From the NCBI GenBank assembly GCA_032718475.1, contig JAUCBJ010007482.1:1-64000 (forward strand): a stretch of DNA of 64,000 nucleotides. Direction: 5' to 3'. A model generated the notes under the pieces. It saw only the letters and a list, made by a program, of their open reading frames with translations. It did not search any database and was not told the DNA's origin. The DNA is from Nemertoderma westbladi (taxonomy: Eukaryota; Animalia; Xenacoelomorpha). Both the position numbers and the translations under genes were made by a program. Shown here one piece after another: positions 25,731-37,440 of the stretch (the first letter of the stretch is position 1; each line of letters starts with the position of its first letter).

Positions 25731-26135
25731 TAATCAAAGCCGTCTAATGTTGGCCAAAGTCTGAAACTTCTAACACAGAAGTACAGAAGAATTTCCAAGC
25801 AGTTGTTCTCGCTCAGAAAGGTAAACAAAGACCGTAATGCATTGCGCGGTTTTCCGTAGGCCTCTGTGCAAGATAAAATGAAAATCGCTCTGATTGGCCG
25901 AGCCTGAACAAAGAGAGGCTCCACGTGTACAGTAAACCAGCTGACAGATTTCGTCATCGGAGTTTCAGTCTTTTAGAGTATTAGGCGTATTGCGGCAGAA
26001 AATGGCTTGTTATGTCCGCTAAAACACCTACAGGGTACATTGCGGAGAAAATGGCTTGTTATGTCCGCTAAAACAACTAAACAGTTCATTGCGGAGAAAA
26101 ATGACTGGTTATATCCGCAAAAGCTTCAAGCAAAA
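25729..26135 (-). repeat. Diverged solo-LTR-like relative of the BEL LTR
   Basis: Shares aaagcc..ctaatgtt.ggc.aaag.ctgaaac, cgctctgattgg, cgtcatcggagtt, ttagagtatt.ggc.tattgcg, ttatgtccgctaaaac and ccgcaaaagc with 11640-12060. Confidence 0.75.
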
Positions 26136-26483
26136 GCAAAAGTTGAACAACGCGTCCTTTTGGTATCTGGGAATAAGGAATTTGGGATAAACGTTTTTTG
26201 TTTATTTCAAATTCACAACAAAGATTATATAAATTAATACTATAGAGTATTACACAGGCAAAATGATCTTTACACGACCTATGTATAGTAAAGCCTATTG
26301 TTCAATCTTCCTTGGGAATGCAATATATATAGTAAAGTATGTTAAATCCCCTATGAACCTAATTTCCATCTTACTCAATAGGCAGAGGTACTACTGTAAT
26401 TACAGTATTATTGGTTTCGCAGTAGCTGACTCTTTCCCCATTCCTTTGTGGTGGTGTGTAGTGTATTGGAACACTAGCAAGGG

Positions 26484-28231
26484 GGGTAACAGACGTTTCG
26501 GTCTAAGACGTTTTGGCCTAGGACGTTTCGGCCCAATGAATGAAATACAAGATTTGCTTGTCGGACGTTTTGGCCCAAAGATTCACTTTACTCCCTTAAA
26601 TAAGCTATTAATAATAAGTTATTCAATATATTTGTTTTGTAGTTGTTGCGTTCGGTACAAGAGGAGTTGTCAGTGTGAACTGCTCCGACACCTGTTTGAA
26701 AGTCGTCAAGATCGAAGTTCTACATTATATTTATAAATAATAACTAATGTAATATTATTATTATTTATTAATATAAATTTACACCATACTGTAACTTAAA
26801 ACAAAGATAACATATGCTGACAAATTAACCTTAGAATTATGATGATGGGGTTTCCCCCATAAAAAAAACATACGTAATTTAAAATGTGAGTCAATAAATA
26901 TAGTACATTAAAATACACCGAATTAAAATTATTACTGTATTTTAATGTTGGTCTTAAAAATATAATAGATTAGAAATATTCCATTAAAGGAGCATTGCTA
27001 ATAATTATGAGACAGGCGGGATGTCATATGGAATGAGATAAAATATATGCGTATTAAATTTAAATTTAGATGAAATGTATGCGCATTAAAAGGACCAGAC
27101 TGGATGGTATGTGAAGTGAAATAAAATATGTATTGATAAAAGCATTATACGTCGTTATCTATGGGTATAAATCAAAATCATCTATCATCGAAGATAAGAG
27201 TTATTGTTTCAACAGATCATTAAGACATAGCTGCAATACACCTGTCCAGCTACAAAAATTATCAATTGAGTAATGTTTAAAATTAATGAAGTATCTCCAA
27301 AATATATCGATCAGACGAGATTTAAGCCCTAAATGGTTCGTGAAATTGATTCACTTTGGTAGTACTGTATATTAGCAATGTGGTACTGGAGACTAATAGA
27401 TTTGTTCTGACTTGCATTTTTTCGGCCGCATAACATAATTGATGGCGAATTGTCTATGGAACCAGAGCACCACTTCCCTAATGTTTATTTTATTTTGAAA
27501 TAAAGGTAAATTAAATAGCCATTTAACCCTATCCATACCGGGGTACTTTAGACGCTCAAACTCCGGGGGGGGGGGGGGGGGGGGGGACTTTTGGGGACGT
27601 AAAGTTTGGAAGCATATAACTTTGTGTTGTGTGATGATATGTATTACTTTAAAGTAAAAAGTTTTAGATACAAAATTTATTTCTCTTTTCAAATATGCCA
27701 CACACTAATGCTCAAATATAATATTTATATACTATAATTAAGTTTAAATTGATTTTAAATTTATATTAATTTGATTGAATTTTAAATTTCCCTCCTACAA
27801 TAGTTCAGCAATAATATGACAGTTTCAGAGACAGGTCAGTTTACGTGTCATTTTCATGGTCATAAATAATAATATGAAAATTAATTTTTGTTTTAAGATA
27901 AAGAATAATAAATTTTAGGAAAAGTAACGGAATTTCACTTGCAATAAATGTGGTTTGGCTTTGAACCAAGCAATCAAATAAAGTGCGTCTCCAAAAGTCC
28001 CCCCCCCCCCGGTATGGATAGGGTTAATGAAAGATACTGTATTTTAAGTGTTTGTATGTTATTGTGAAATAATTATAATTTTAATGAATAGTTATTATCA
28101 TATCAAACAAGTTAGCCTTTTCATTCAGTTACAGTCATGGGCCGAAACGTCCGATTCGAATCGTCCGGGCCGAAATGTCCGGGCCGAAACGTCCTGGACC
28201 TAAACGTCCTAGGCCGAAACGTCTGTATACC
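26484..28231. mobile_element. Non-autonomous MULE-like DNA transposon
   Basis: Inverted termini built from 15-bp gacgtttcggcc units. 9-bp TSD TAGCAAGGG (26475-26483) / TAACAAGGG (28232-28240), 1 mismatch. Confidence 0.8.
27527..28023. mobile_element. piggyBac-like MITE nested in the MULE-like element
   Basis: TTAA on both flanks. 16-bp TIR CCCTATCCATACCGGG. Inner inverted repeat ggggactttt / aaaagtcccc. Confidence 0.88.
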
Positions 28232-28339
28232 TAACAAGGGATCAGCCCAGCCTATCATTGCTAAGACAACGCCCTATCAGAATACGTCATCCCTCATGAG
28301 CTGTTACTGTTGGTACCAGTGTAAGAACAAGGAGGCACA

Positions 28340-28720
28340 TACACCTATGCTTATTCCCCAGAAGTTAGTTATTTTCCCAGTTATTTAACCCGCGGGCAGG
28401 AAACAACCCGAGGGCGAAGCCCGAGGGTGTTCGTGCCCAAGGGTTAAATAACTGGGAAAATAACTAACTTCTGGGGAATAAGTAAGTTGTTACACATGTA
28501 CTGTGGTATGCTTTTCGATTATTTTTATCCCTTAACAACTATTTACAGATTCTAAAAGGGCATTGTTTAGGGGGAGAGTTTACAAAATGGGGCTTGGAAA
28601 GTTTTGGGGGTGTTTATATTGATTTTGCCCAAGGGCATTGGAAAATTTTCGGTGTGTTTCACTTTAATTCATTAATTGCATAGGTGTTATTTTGCCCAAG
28701 GGAATAATAACACCCAAGCT
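28340..28720. mobile_element. Long hairpin resembling the terminus of a non-autonomous Crypton-like element
   Basis: 41-bp perfect inverted arms cttattccccagaagttagttattttcccagttatttaacc (28351-28482) around cccgagggcgaagcccgaggg. cacctatgc at ~28342 is inverted to gcataggtg at ~28678. The Crypton assignment is from recollection of similar repeats. Confidence 0.5.
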
Positions 28721-29565
28721 CCAAAGGTAAAACATTAGGCCTACTGTGTCATGTGTGTTGTATAGCTCTATGCTTAATTCATCCAATCGCCGTAAGATTC
28801 GATCATCAAAAAAGCACCTGAACTTGTTAGTGAAAATTGATGTCAAACTTATTTAAATGGTTTACATTCTAAAATTCCTATTTTCTTACATTGGCCGCAG
28901 GAGTAACTTTGCATAAACTTCAAATTGGATATATAACTAAATTGGCTGAATTAATTGAATAGTATTTTTGGTGGACATGTCATGTATCCACTACCCACAG
29001 AAGGGGGGTGTATATCGTTCACATTAAATACATTTATTAGGATAAATAATTATTTAGTACTTAGGAAAATGTTAATTAATTTAATGGTTTTGGAATATAT
29101 GAAGTTTATTAAGAATATATATTATATGTATATGAATATATATTAATATATATATATTACTTACTATTGAGTTTCGGATTTTGCTCAAACTACGTGGAAA
29201 GCTACAAACATTTTCTATTTCGATGCTCTTTCAACACATGTAATAAAGTTTAAAAATTCCACGAAAAATATTTTCACATTTACATTTTTAGCCGGGAAAA
29301 GTAAGTTCAATGCAATCCTAGGCCTACTGTATGATTAACTATTATTCCCTAGGGAAAAAAGTAGGTACTTCTTTTTCTCCACATTTTGAGCTATATTTGA
29401 GCTAACTAAATAGTAACATTATAAGAATAACATAAATATACCCATAGTAACGGGTTGTTATGCCAGTTTTAAAAGAATGATGTCACTTAGAGTCGACCAA
29501 CACCTATCTCCGCTCCACAATATCAAAGTATGGTCTAGAAAATGTAGTTTTGACTAAGAACTGCA

Positions 29566-29840
29566 TAAAAGTAAAGTAAAGTTATATTCAAACGTGTAAG
29601 AAGAAACACCCGAGGCAACAACCCAAAGGCTCTATTCTCTTGGCTATTATCTGTAACGCAGGGAACAGGAGAAGGCACCACACTACTCCCAAGGTCGAGT
29701 ACTCTGGTTATCTAACCATATTCTTTACTCCTTAACTCACGACAGGTTGCCATTAGCCTACAGTACAACTGGAAGCTAGCAACAATTTGGCTGTTCTGGG
29801 GCTTGAACACCAGACCTTCCGCTAAGAAGACCGGTTAATA
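29566..29840 (-). mobile_element. Degenerate tRNA-derived SINE
   Basis: B-box-like GTGTTCAAGCCCC on the minus strand near 29797-29810. (CTTTA)n tail at 29566-29582. Confidence 0.45.
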
Positions 29841-30464
29841 CCTTTTTTTACTTTACTTTAATATTAAAACGTTTCAATGTCTGTATTAAAAAGGAAAAGG
29901 CAGAAAGGGGCGAACGTATTTAAACGACATTCTTAGATATCTTTTTTTAACATTTAGGAGGAAGGAACTGGAGAAACGCCTCACTGCAGTACGAGGTAGT
30001 ACGGTACCTTGCAGCCTATATAAATACAGGCCAAACTAGACCTACCTGCAGGGCTGCAGGCTGCAGACCTGGTACGGTGCGACTCTGGACTCTGACACTA
30101 TGTAGGCCTGCTGTACCGGTACAGGGTATCTCTTAATTTGCCGTGGAAATTGAATGTTTAGTCATAGGTCACTGCCGTCAGTATAAGTCGTCAGTATGAG
30201 TATGACAATGAGGTGATTAATGAGACATAAATAGGCATTGCTGTCTAGTGGAGCACAGCCCAATAATAATGAAACATGAAATACAAAACGCCCAATAATA
30301 ATGAAACATGAAGTACAAAACTAGTTGGTGGTCTGAATACCTGATTTACACCTGATGTGACACACAACAGACCTAAGACGTGTACAGCAGCATTACCGGT
30401 TCCTATGTTTGTATGTCAGTATGTGGTGTCACGATAAACACTTCACTACTAAGAGGGAACTGAA

Positions 30465-31740
30465 ACCTGCTCCTTGACTAACCTGCATAATCTTGTAACA
30501 TGTGTTAACTATAGTTTATTGTTTTGGTTCTATCTACCCTCCTATATAGCCTGCTCCTTTATTAAACTGCATAATCTTGTAACATGTGTTAACTATCGTT
30601 TATTTTTTTGGTTCTATCTACCCGCCTCTATAACCTGCTTCTTTACTAACCTGCATAATCTTGTAACATGTGTTAACTATCGTCTATTGATTTGGTTCTA
30701 TCTACCCTCCTCTTTAACCTGCTCCTTTACTAACCTGCATAATCTTGTAACATGTGTTAACTATCGTCTATTGTTTTGGTTCTATCTACCCTCCTCTATA
30801 ACCTGCTCTTTTATAACCTGCATAATCTTGTAACATGTGTTAACTATCGTCTATTGTTTTGGTTCTATCTACCCTCCTCTATAGCCTGCTCCTTTACTAA
30901 CCTGCACAATCTTGTAACATGTGTTAACTATCGTCTATTGTTTTGGTTCTATCTGCCCGCCTCTATAACCTGCTTCTTTACTAACCTGCATAATCTTGTA
31001 ACATGTGTTAACTATCGTTTATTGTTTTGGTTCTATCTACCCGCCTCTATAACCCGCTCCTTTACTAACCTGCATAATCGTGTAACATGTGTTAACTATC
31101 GTCTATTGTTTTGGTTCTATCTACCCTCCTCTATAACCTGCTTCTTTACTAACCTGCATATTCTTGTAACATGTGTTAACTATCGTTTATTGTTTTGGTT
31201 CTATCTACCCTCCTCTATAGCCTGCTCCTTTACTAACCTGCACAATCTTGTAACATGTGTTAACTATCGTCTATTGTTTTGGTTCTATCTGCCCGCCTCT
31301 ATAACCTGCTTCTTTACTAACCTGCATAATCTTGTAACATGTGTTAACTATCGTTTATTGTTTTGGTTCTATCTACCCTCCTCTATAGCCTGCTCCTTTA
31401 CTAACCTGCACAATCTTGTAACATGTGTTAACTATCGTTTATTGTTTTGGTTCTATCTTCCCGCCTCTATAGCCTGCTCATTTACTAACCTGTATAATTT
31501 TGTAACATGTGTTAACTATCGTTTATTGTTTTGGTTCTATCTACCCGCCTCTATAACCGGCACCTTTACTAACCTGCATAATCTTGTAACATGTGTTAAC
31601 TATCGTTTATTGTTTTGGTTCTATCTACCCGCCTCTATAACCCGCTCCTTTACTAACCTGCATAATCGTGTAACATGTGTTAACTATCGTCTATTGTTTT
31701 GGTTCTATCTACCCTCCTCTATAACCTGCTCCTTTACTCC
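30465..31740 (+). repeat. 81-bp tandem satellite, ~15.7 copies
   Basis: Unit acctgctcctttactaacctgcataatcttgtaacatgtgttaactatcgtctattgttttggttctatctaccctcctctata. The 27-aa periodicity in ORFs 30474 and 30776 confirms 81 bp. Confidence 0.97.
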
Positions 31741-31924
31741 TTTACTAACGCGTTGTTCAACTGAGCCCTGTCAGAGGAAAGTGCTAGTGACGCTAGTCGG
31801 TGGGGTTGACTTGTTGACAAGAGGCTATTATGAGGCATAATGAGATACGCATTGCGTATCTTCTTCAGTCAACCAATAATGGCCGATCAACAAATAAATA
31901 CCGATAATCACTAATATAATGGCA

Positions 31925-32430
31925 GATCCCAAATTCCATATTCCCAAATACCTTATTCCCAAATCCCAAATACCTTAGTCCCAAATACCTTCCTTATTCC
32001 CAAATCCCAAATACTTTATTCCCAAATCCCTTATTCCCAAATCCCAAATACCTTAGTCCCATACCTTCCTTATTCCCAAATCCCAAATACTTTATTCCCA
32101 AATCCCTTATTCCCAAATCCCAAATACCTTAATCACAAATACCTATTCCCAAACCCCCAAATACCTTAGTCCCAAATACCTTCCTTATTCCCAAATCCCA
32201 AATACTTTATTCCCAAATCCCTTATTCCCAAATCCCAAATACCTTAGTCCCATACCTTCCTTATTCCCAAATCCCAAATACTTTATTCCCAAATCCCTTA
32301 TTCCCAAATCCCAAATACCTTAGTCCCAAATACCTTCCTTATTCCCAAATCCCAAATACTTTATTCCCAAATCCCAAATACCTTAATCACAAATACCTTA
32401 TTCCCAAACCCCCAAATACCTTATTCCCAA
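31925..32430 (+). repeat. Complex minisatellite of TTATTCCCAAATCCCAAATACC units (second patch 32955-33020)
   Basis: Direct reading. A short inverted patch occurs at 26163-26190. Confidence 0.92.
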
Positions 32431-33214
32431 AACTGAACTTTATTTACACTTTAAAACATAATATAAAAGGGGGTGGTGGTGGTTGTTGGGGTGGTGCACC
32501 CCAACAAAATTCATGAAATTACTTATTCAAACCTTCTCTATACACAGACGTTTAAACAATGCCAGGAGTGGTTCCCACAAAGGAACGAATTGATTGACAG
32601 TCTTTTATGAACCACATTGCAAGCCGGGCCTATCCAGCTTATGTAATTCAGCCCATTAACTCAAGAGGCCAAGCAGCAGACATAGCACATAGGTAGGCCA
32701 CTTGCCTTCCACGCGGTGTCTCACTCAACCAGAGTAATTACCCATACCTTACAGGTACAGTAATGCTGAGAATGGCCTTTTGGAGGTCAATCTAACTCAA
32801 ACCGTGGCGCCAGTATAGAGTTTGAGTTAGTTTGAGCAGGGTACGTTATTCTGATTTCTCAAATCTTACCTACCGAAATTATCCGTGGACTATCATTAGT
32901 AAAAGGTTTGAGAAATGAAATTCAGACTGAGATAGGGACTGTACCTTCCTTGTCAAATCCCAAATACCTTATTCCAAAATCCCTTATTCCCAAATTCCTT
33001 AATCCCAAATCCCATATTCCGTATTTGCGTTCAGTTCCCCCCCCCCCCCCCCCCCCCTGTCTCGTTCATTCAACATGTCAGTAACAGCACTGATCCAGGA
33101 TCAGTCTCTAATCCAGGATCCCCTTCATATGGGTCATAAATTTTAAATTTTACATTCATCTCATCGATGAGCACAGCAGATCCGTCCACATATTCATATT
33201 TCTCACTCTTCCAC

Positions 33215-33848
33215 TTAGCAACTGGAGTTGCAGATGAAGAGCCACACCACCACTCTTGATTCGAATGTACTCTTCAACACTATCTGATTGGCTTCCGCCA
33301 TTACCTCATCCAGTAGCTTGGCAAGATACATGTTTCTTGCATCATTGCAAACTCGTTCTAATTGGGAAGTGTACTGGTTAATGAAACTTGTAATTTCTGC
33401 TGAATTTATAACAAGTTGTTGAAGAGCACTGTATTGCACAGGTTCTGAGCATTTGTGTAGTATACTTACAACACTCGTTGTTTTTGAGATGGTAACACCC
33501 CTAAAAAGTAAGAGTCCAGTTCTACAGCAACACCATGGTAATCCTAATGATAATTCAGAAATATGGACTACAGAAACAACTGTATATCATTATAACAACT
33601 ACAGTATATAGTGTATATTAATAACAACTGTATATCATTATAACAACTACAGTATATAGTGTATATTAATAACAACTGTATATAATTATAACAACTACAG
33701 TATATAGTGTATATTAATAACAACTGTATATCATTATAACAACTATATATAATAACAACTATATATATTAATAAATCTTAACTTACTTAATAACAAACTT
33801 ATTCAACATAATTCTGACAGACAGATACATCCATCTGCCCAAGCTAAC
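33215..33848 (-). pseudogene. Two putative exons (33848-33787 and 33500-33215) of an unidentified spliced gene
   Basis: Acceptor ttacag|G, donor |gtaag and acceptor ttttag|G. Splicing joins VSLGRWMYLSVRIMLNKFVIK in frame to GVTISKTTSVV...QYSALQQL (ORF 33439-33215). Confidence 0.5.
33575..33770 (+). repeat. 48-bp tandem repeat, ~4 copies, inside the putative intron
   Basis: aacaactgtatatcattataacaactacagtatatagtgtatattaat at 33575, 33623, 33671 and 33719. Confidence 0.92.
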
Positions 33849-35801
33849 CTGTAAATTACGTGGTAAAGTTTTAGAGTACACAGTACACTTGATTATTGTC
33901 CACGGCCACTTGAATATCTCCAGTTTCTCTGGAACTGTAAGGTACTTGAACGAACAGCCATATCATCGATCATCTTCTGAATTATTGTTACACTTCCATT
34001 TGGACTACCTGCACTACTGTATGTGGCCGCTCGTTGTCGTCAGTTGTTGCCGAATCAGTCCCTTTGTTGAACTTGCAGTGGTAGACTACTATAATTTATA
34101 AGTCTACCCCTTTCGTAACCCGTCAGAAATTTAAGAAAGAAATCTGAGTGTTTTAACTTTGATATTTGTCGGCAGAAAATTACCAACCGCTACCCATGGA
34201 CATGAGCCCCGATTTCCTCCAGCAAGTGAGCTAATCTAGCTTGCGGGTGAACAGGAATTGTTTCATTTGTAATGTTCTGCGAAAGGGTGTTATCGATCGG
34301 GGGGTGCAATTCTTCATTGCTGTTGGGTGAGGGGGCGAACATAATAAGGGATGTATTCATTACTAGTAGTGATGGTGAACCCACTCCAGTTTATACAACA
34401 CTAGTTATTTATAGGTGGTTCTACATTAATAGCATTCACATCACAATCCCTCCGGTAAATTGTCTAGTTCTGAGGCGGGACCTGTCCCAAGATTTCTTGC
34501 TGGATGGGGACGGGTGGCGCAACTTGGTCAACCAAAGGGGGAATGTCAGTATTAGGGGCAGCTGCGACTGGGGGATGTTGGACAAATGGTTCGGTATCGA
34601 TATCTGATTCAGACATGATGTCAAGTTAATGTAATCTCTTCACAAATAGTATGTCGTAACACACAAGAGGTTTCAACTAAGTATTTATTCTGCAAAGTAA
34701 ATAATTAATCACTAAAGGAGTTATTCTATTTGCGCCACCTAGAGAATGAATAAGTTGACTATTATATTAAGGATACAATATTCTCTGCTCCCGCTGGGTG
34801 GCATTATTTCTAATAAATTAAGAAGCGCCTTGCAAAGAAAACGGGAATAATAAGTATCCTCAAAGTAGTTTTACAATTCTTGTTTCACCGCTAGTAGTCG
34901 CTGTCTACCATAATCCCAGTAAATGCCGTCCGCTACTGTCTATTCAGTGATGCTATTCAAGAACGTTGGTAGGGACTACCATTCAATAGAAAGGAGTGGG
35001 ATCGGAATTCCACGAACTGGGCAAGCAATTAGGCCACACAAAGCCAATGGGTATGAGGAATGTCGAACCCCTACTGTATGCTACTATTACATCTCAACAC
35101 TCAATAGGAGTAAACAGCACTAATAATGACAGGGGAATTTTGTATGTCGCGACTAGGTAAGTCAAACAAAGGAGTTTAGTCTTGTGATTTATAGTAAGTA
35201 GATAGCTGAGTTGAAGCCGCTTGGCGACAAACTGTCTGGAACTGTATGTCGCTGTGTGGTGAGATGTGAATTGCCCTGGGGTGGGATTAAATTGCGAGTC
35301 GCAATAAATCACTAGTACCTGATTAATGTGCAAGGTTTGTTTATTAATCCTAAGCAAAGAAAGGTGCAATGGCACGAAAAAAGGTATACCGTTATACACG
35401 ACGTTATATTGAACTTAGATATTAGCTATTATAATAAATTGAGCTATTACTGTATAAAAAAAGTAGGTCCTTCCTAAATTTCAGAATATTATTATATTGT
35501 TATATAATAAAAACTATTTACATACGGTAAAATTGCACATCAGTAAAATTGTAATATAATAAATGATATACAATACTTTGTGTAGTATTTTGCTGATCAG
35601 AGTGGCCTGTAACACAAGTAAGTTACTTAGTTGTTACACGAACGAACATTGGTAGTGGGTGTAAATTAAGCCACAAAACTGTAAAGTTATGGGATCAAAC
35701 ACTGAAAAGTTATGTAGCCTACAGGTTACTCAGTAACATGCGCTCTCTCTTTTGATGTTCATAAAGAGAGAGTGTAATATTATGGGTTTGTTCAGAAGTG
35801 G

Positions 35802-35904
35802 AAAAAATGAGAAAGCGCATCACCGGGGGTTGAACCAGCGCTATACGCACGTTTCGGCCTAACAGGCCTCATCAGTAGCGCTAACCAGCTCAGCCACTAG
35901 CCCC
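35802..35904 (-). ncRNA. tRNA-like Pol III unit carrying an embedded hammerhead ribozyme
   Basis: Minus strand reads GGGGCTAG, A box TGGCTGAGCTGG (35896-35885), hammerhead, B box GGTTCAACCCC (35836-35826), then T6 (35807-35802). Confidence 0.75.
35837..35882 (-). ncRNA. Minimal type-I hammerhead ribozyme
   Basis: Minus strand AGCGCTA CTGATGA GGCCT GTT AGGCC GAAA C GTGC GTA TAGCGCT. It has a 7-bp stem I, the exact CUGAUGA/GAAA core, a 5-bp stem II, a minimal stem III and a GUA cleavage triplet. Confidence 0.9.
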
Positions 35905-36039
35905 TGACACTCGCAGTCCCACCTAATCCACTTCTATTGAACGGGCAGTCTTAAGTTGCAAATATTCTATCTCTAACAGCGGACCTAACGGTCTCAAGTA
36001 TGCTAGAGTGAAACAGGAGGGAAGTACAAATAAATAAAT

Positions 36040-37440
36040 ATTCAGCTCGGTATTGCTGCCAGGTGATATTAATTAAATAAATAAAATAGCTTCTTTCCCC
36101 ACAGCGATGTTCCGATCTACTTGCCCATCTGGTGCTCCATGTTCGGTGGTAAAATATCGGTGGCAAACTGGGCACCGCCACTTCCCCTTTATAGCTACAT
36201 TTGGCCCCAAACCAAATTATATCAATTTCGTTTCGGCTCTAAGCATTCTTGCCGCTAAAATACTACTGTCTTTCTGAGCCTGATGGTGGTGTCGTTGGTA
36301 ATTCTTCAATGCCCTCTGTGAGTACAGCTGGGGCGATATTTACCTCAGGGACAGGTGGTTCACGATGAAAGGCTGTTGTAGCAGCTCTTGATGTCCCCTG
36401 GACACGAGTTACCCGAAGTCATTGATCTATGTCAGCGGAATGTTTATTCTCAGTTCCATAATTAGACGCCAGGCTTTGCTTCTTCTGCCTGTCAAGTAAC
36501 CAGTTCTTTGCTAAAGCAGAAGAAACTGGAAACAAGGTAGTCGGAACCTTGTCTCTTATGGCAGCCTGGGTACATTCTTCAAAAGTCTTTTGGTACATTG
36601 ACATAGACTTATCGACCATGGCTCTACCTGATACAGTTGCCGGAATAGATTGACATATACTAAGCCATATTTCCTCCATTTGGTGGAAATTTGGTGGAGT
36701 CGTTTGACCAGTACCAACCCGATTCCGGCTCTGCTGTACATTTCTCATTGAGGCCTTGCCGACAGCGACTGGCGCAGGATCCATCTGCCACTTAAATGTT
36801 GGAGGTGGAGGGGTGGGGGGGGGGGGGGGGTTCCTGTAGGTAGTAATGTGATTGTAGGGACACTAATAGGTGTGGTTTGTACATTAGGTGACAGGTCACT
36901 GTGAGTAATTTGTACAGTAGGTGTCTCACCAGTAGTTGTTTGTACAGTACAGTATGTGTTTCGTCAGTTTTTTTTATATAGTTGGTGTTTCGCCAGTGTA
37001 GTTGTTTGTACAGTAGGTGTTTTGTCAGTAATTGTTTGTAAAGTTGGTGTTTCGTCAGTAGTTGTTTGTATAGTTGACGCAACTTTTATAACTAACTTGT
37101 ATTTATGACACATTGATGACTCATTGCTGGGTCTGCTGTGATAAGTCAAATGTATACAGAGTACAGCAGGGTGGCAGGCTGGTAATCAATAACCAAGCCT
37201 TGACCTGGTGGCACCTATTACCAGTACAAGTAAACCACATAATGGACTCTATAGTATGTGCTTGGCTTCCCAGAGAGAGATAGACACTGGTTGGATATGT
37301 ACAATACAAGGCCGCTGTCCACTGCGTCAAGATACAATGAAGCAAGTTCTATGCAGCTATGCTTAGATGGAGGGTCACATGCTTTATGATAATATACACC
37401 ACACAACTCATTATTTACTTGTTTGTTTGATTTAAACAAG
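36040..37440 (-). pseudogene. Decayed coding-like region, possibly a transposon-borne gene, with 30-bp Thr-rich repeats
   Basis: Overlapping minus-strand ORF pieces (37439-37218, 37149-36964, 36784-36419, 36181-35951). 30-bp repeats at 36900-37110 encode TVQTTTDETP-like units. No domain identified with certainty. Confidence 0.35.

Noticed and set aside
30465-31740. CRISPR array or a real 354-aa membrane protein gene
   Set aside because: Units are contiguous 81-mers with no unique spacers and no cas genes, in a eukaryotic context. The ORF is explained by a unit length divisible by 3.
31925-32430. Interstitial telomere repeat
   Set aside because: The units are irregular and do not match TTAGGG or TTAGG.
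35802-35904. Functional tRNA gene
   Set aside because: The acceptor stem does not pair, the T stem is imperfect and the anticodon arm is replaced by a hammerhead. The units at 11020 and 53530 likewise lack a cloverleaf.
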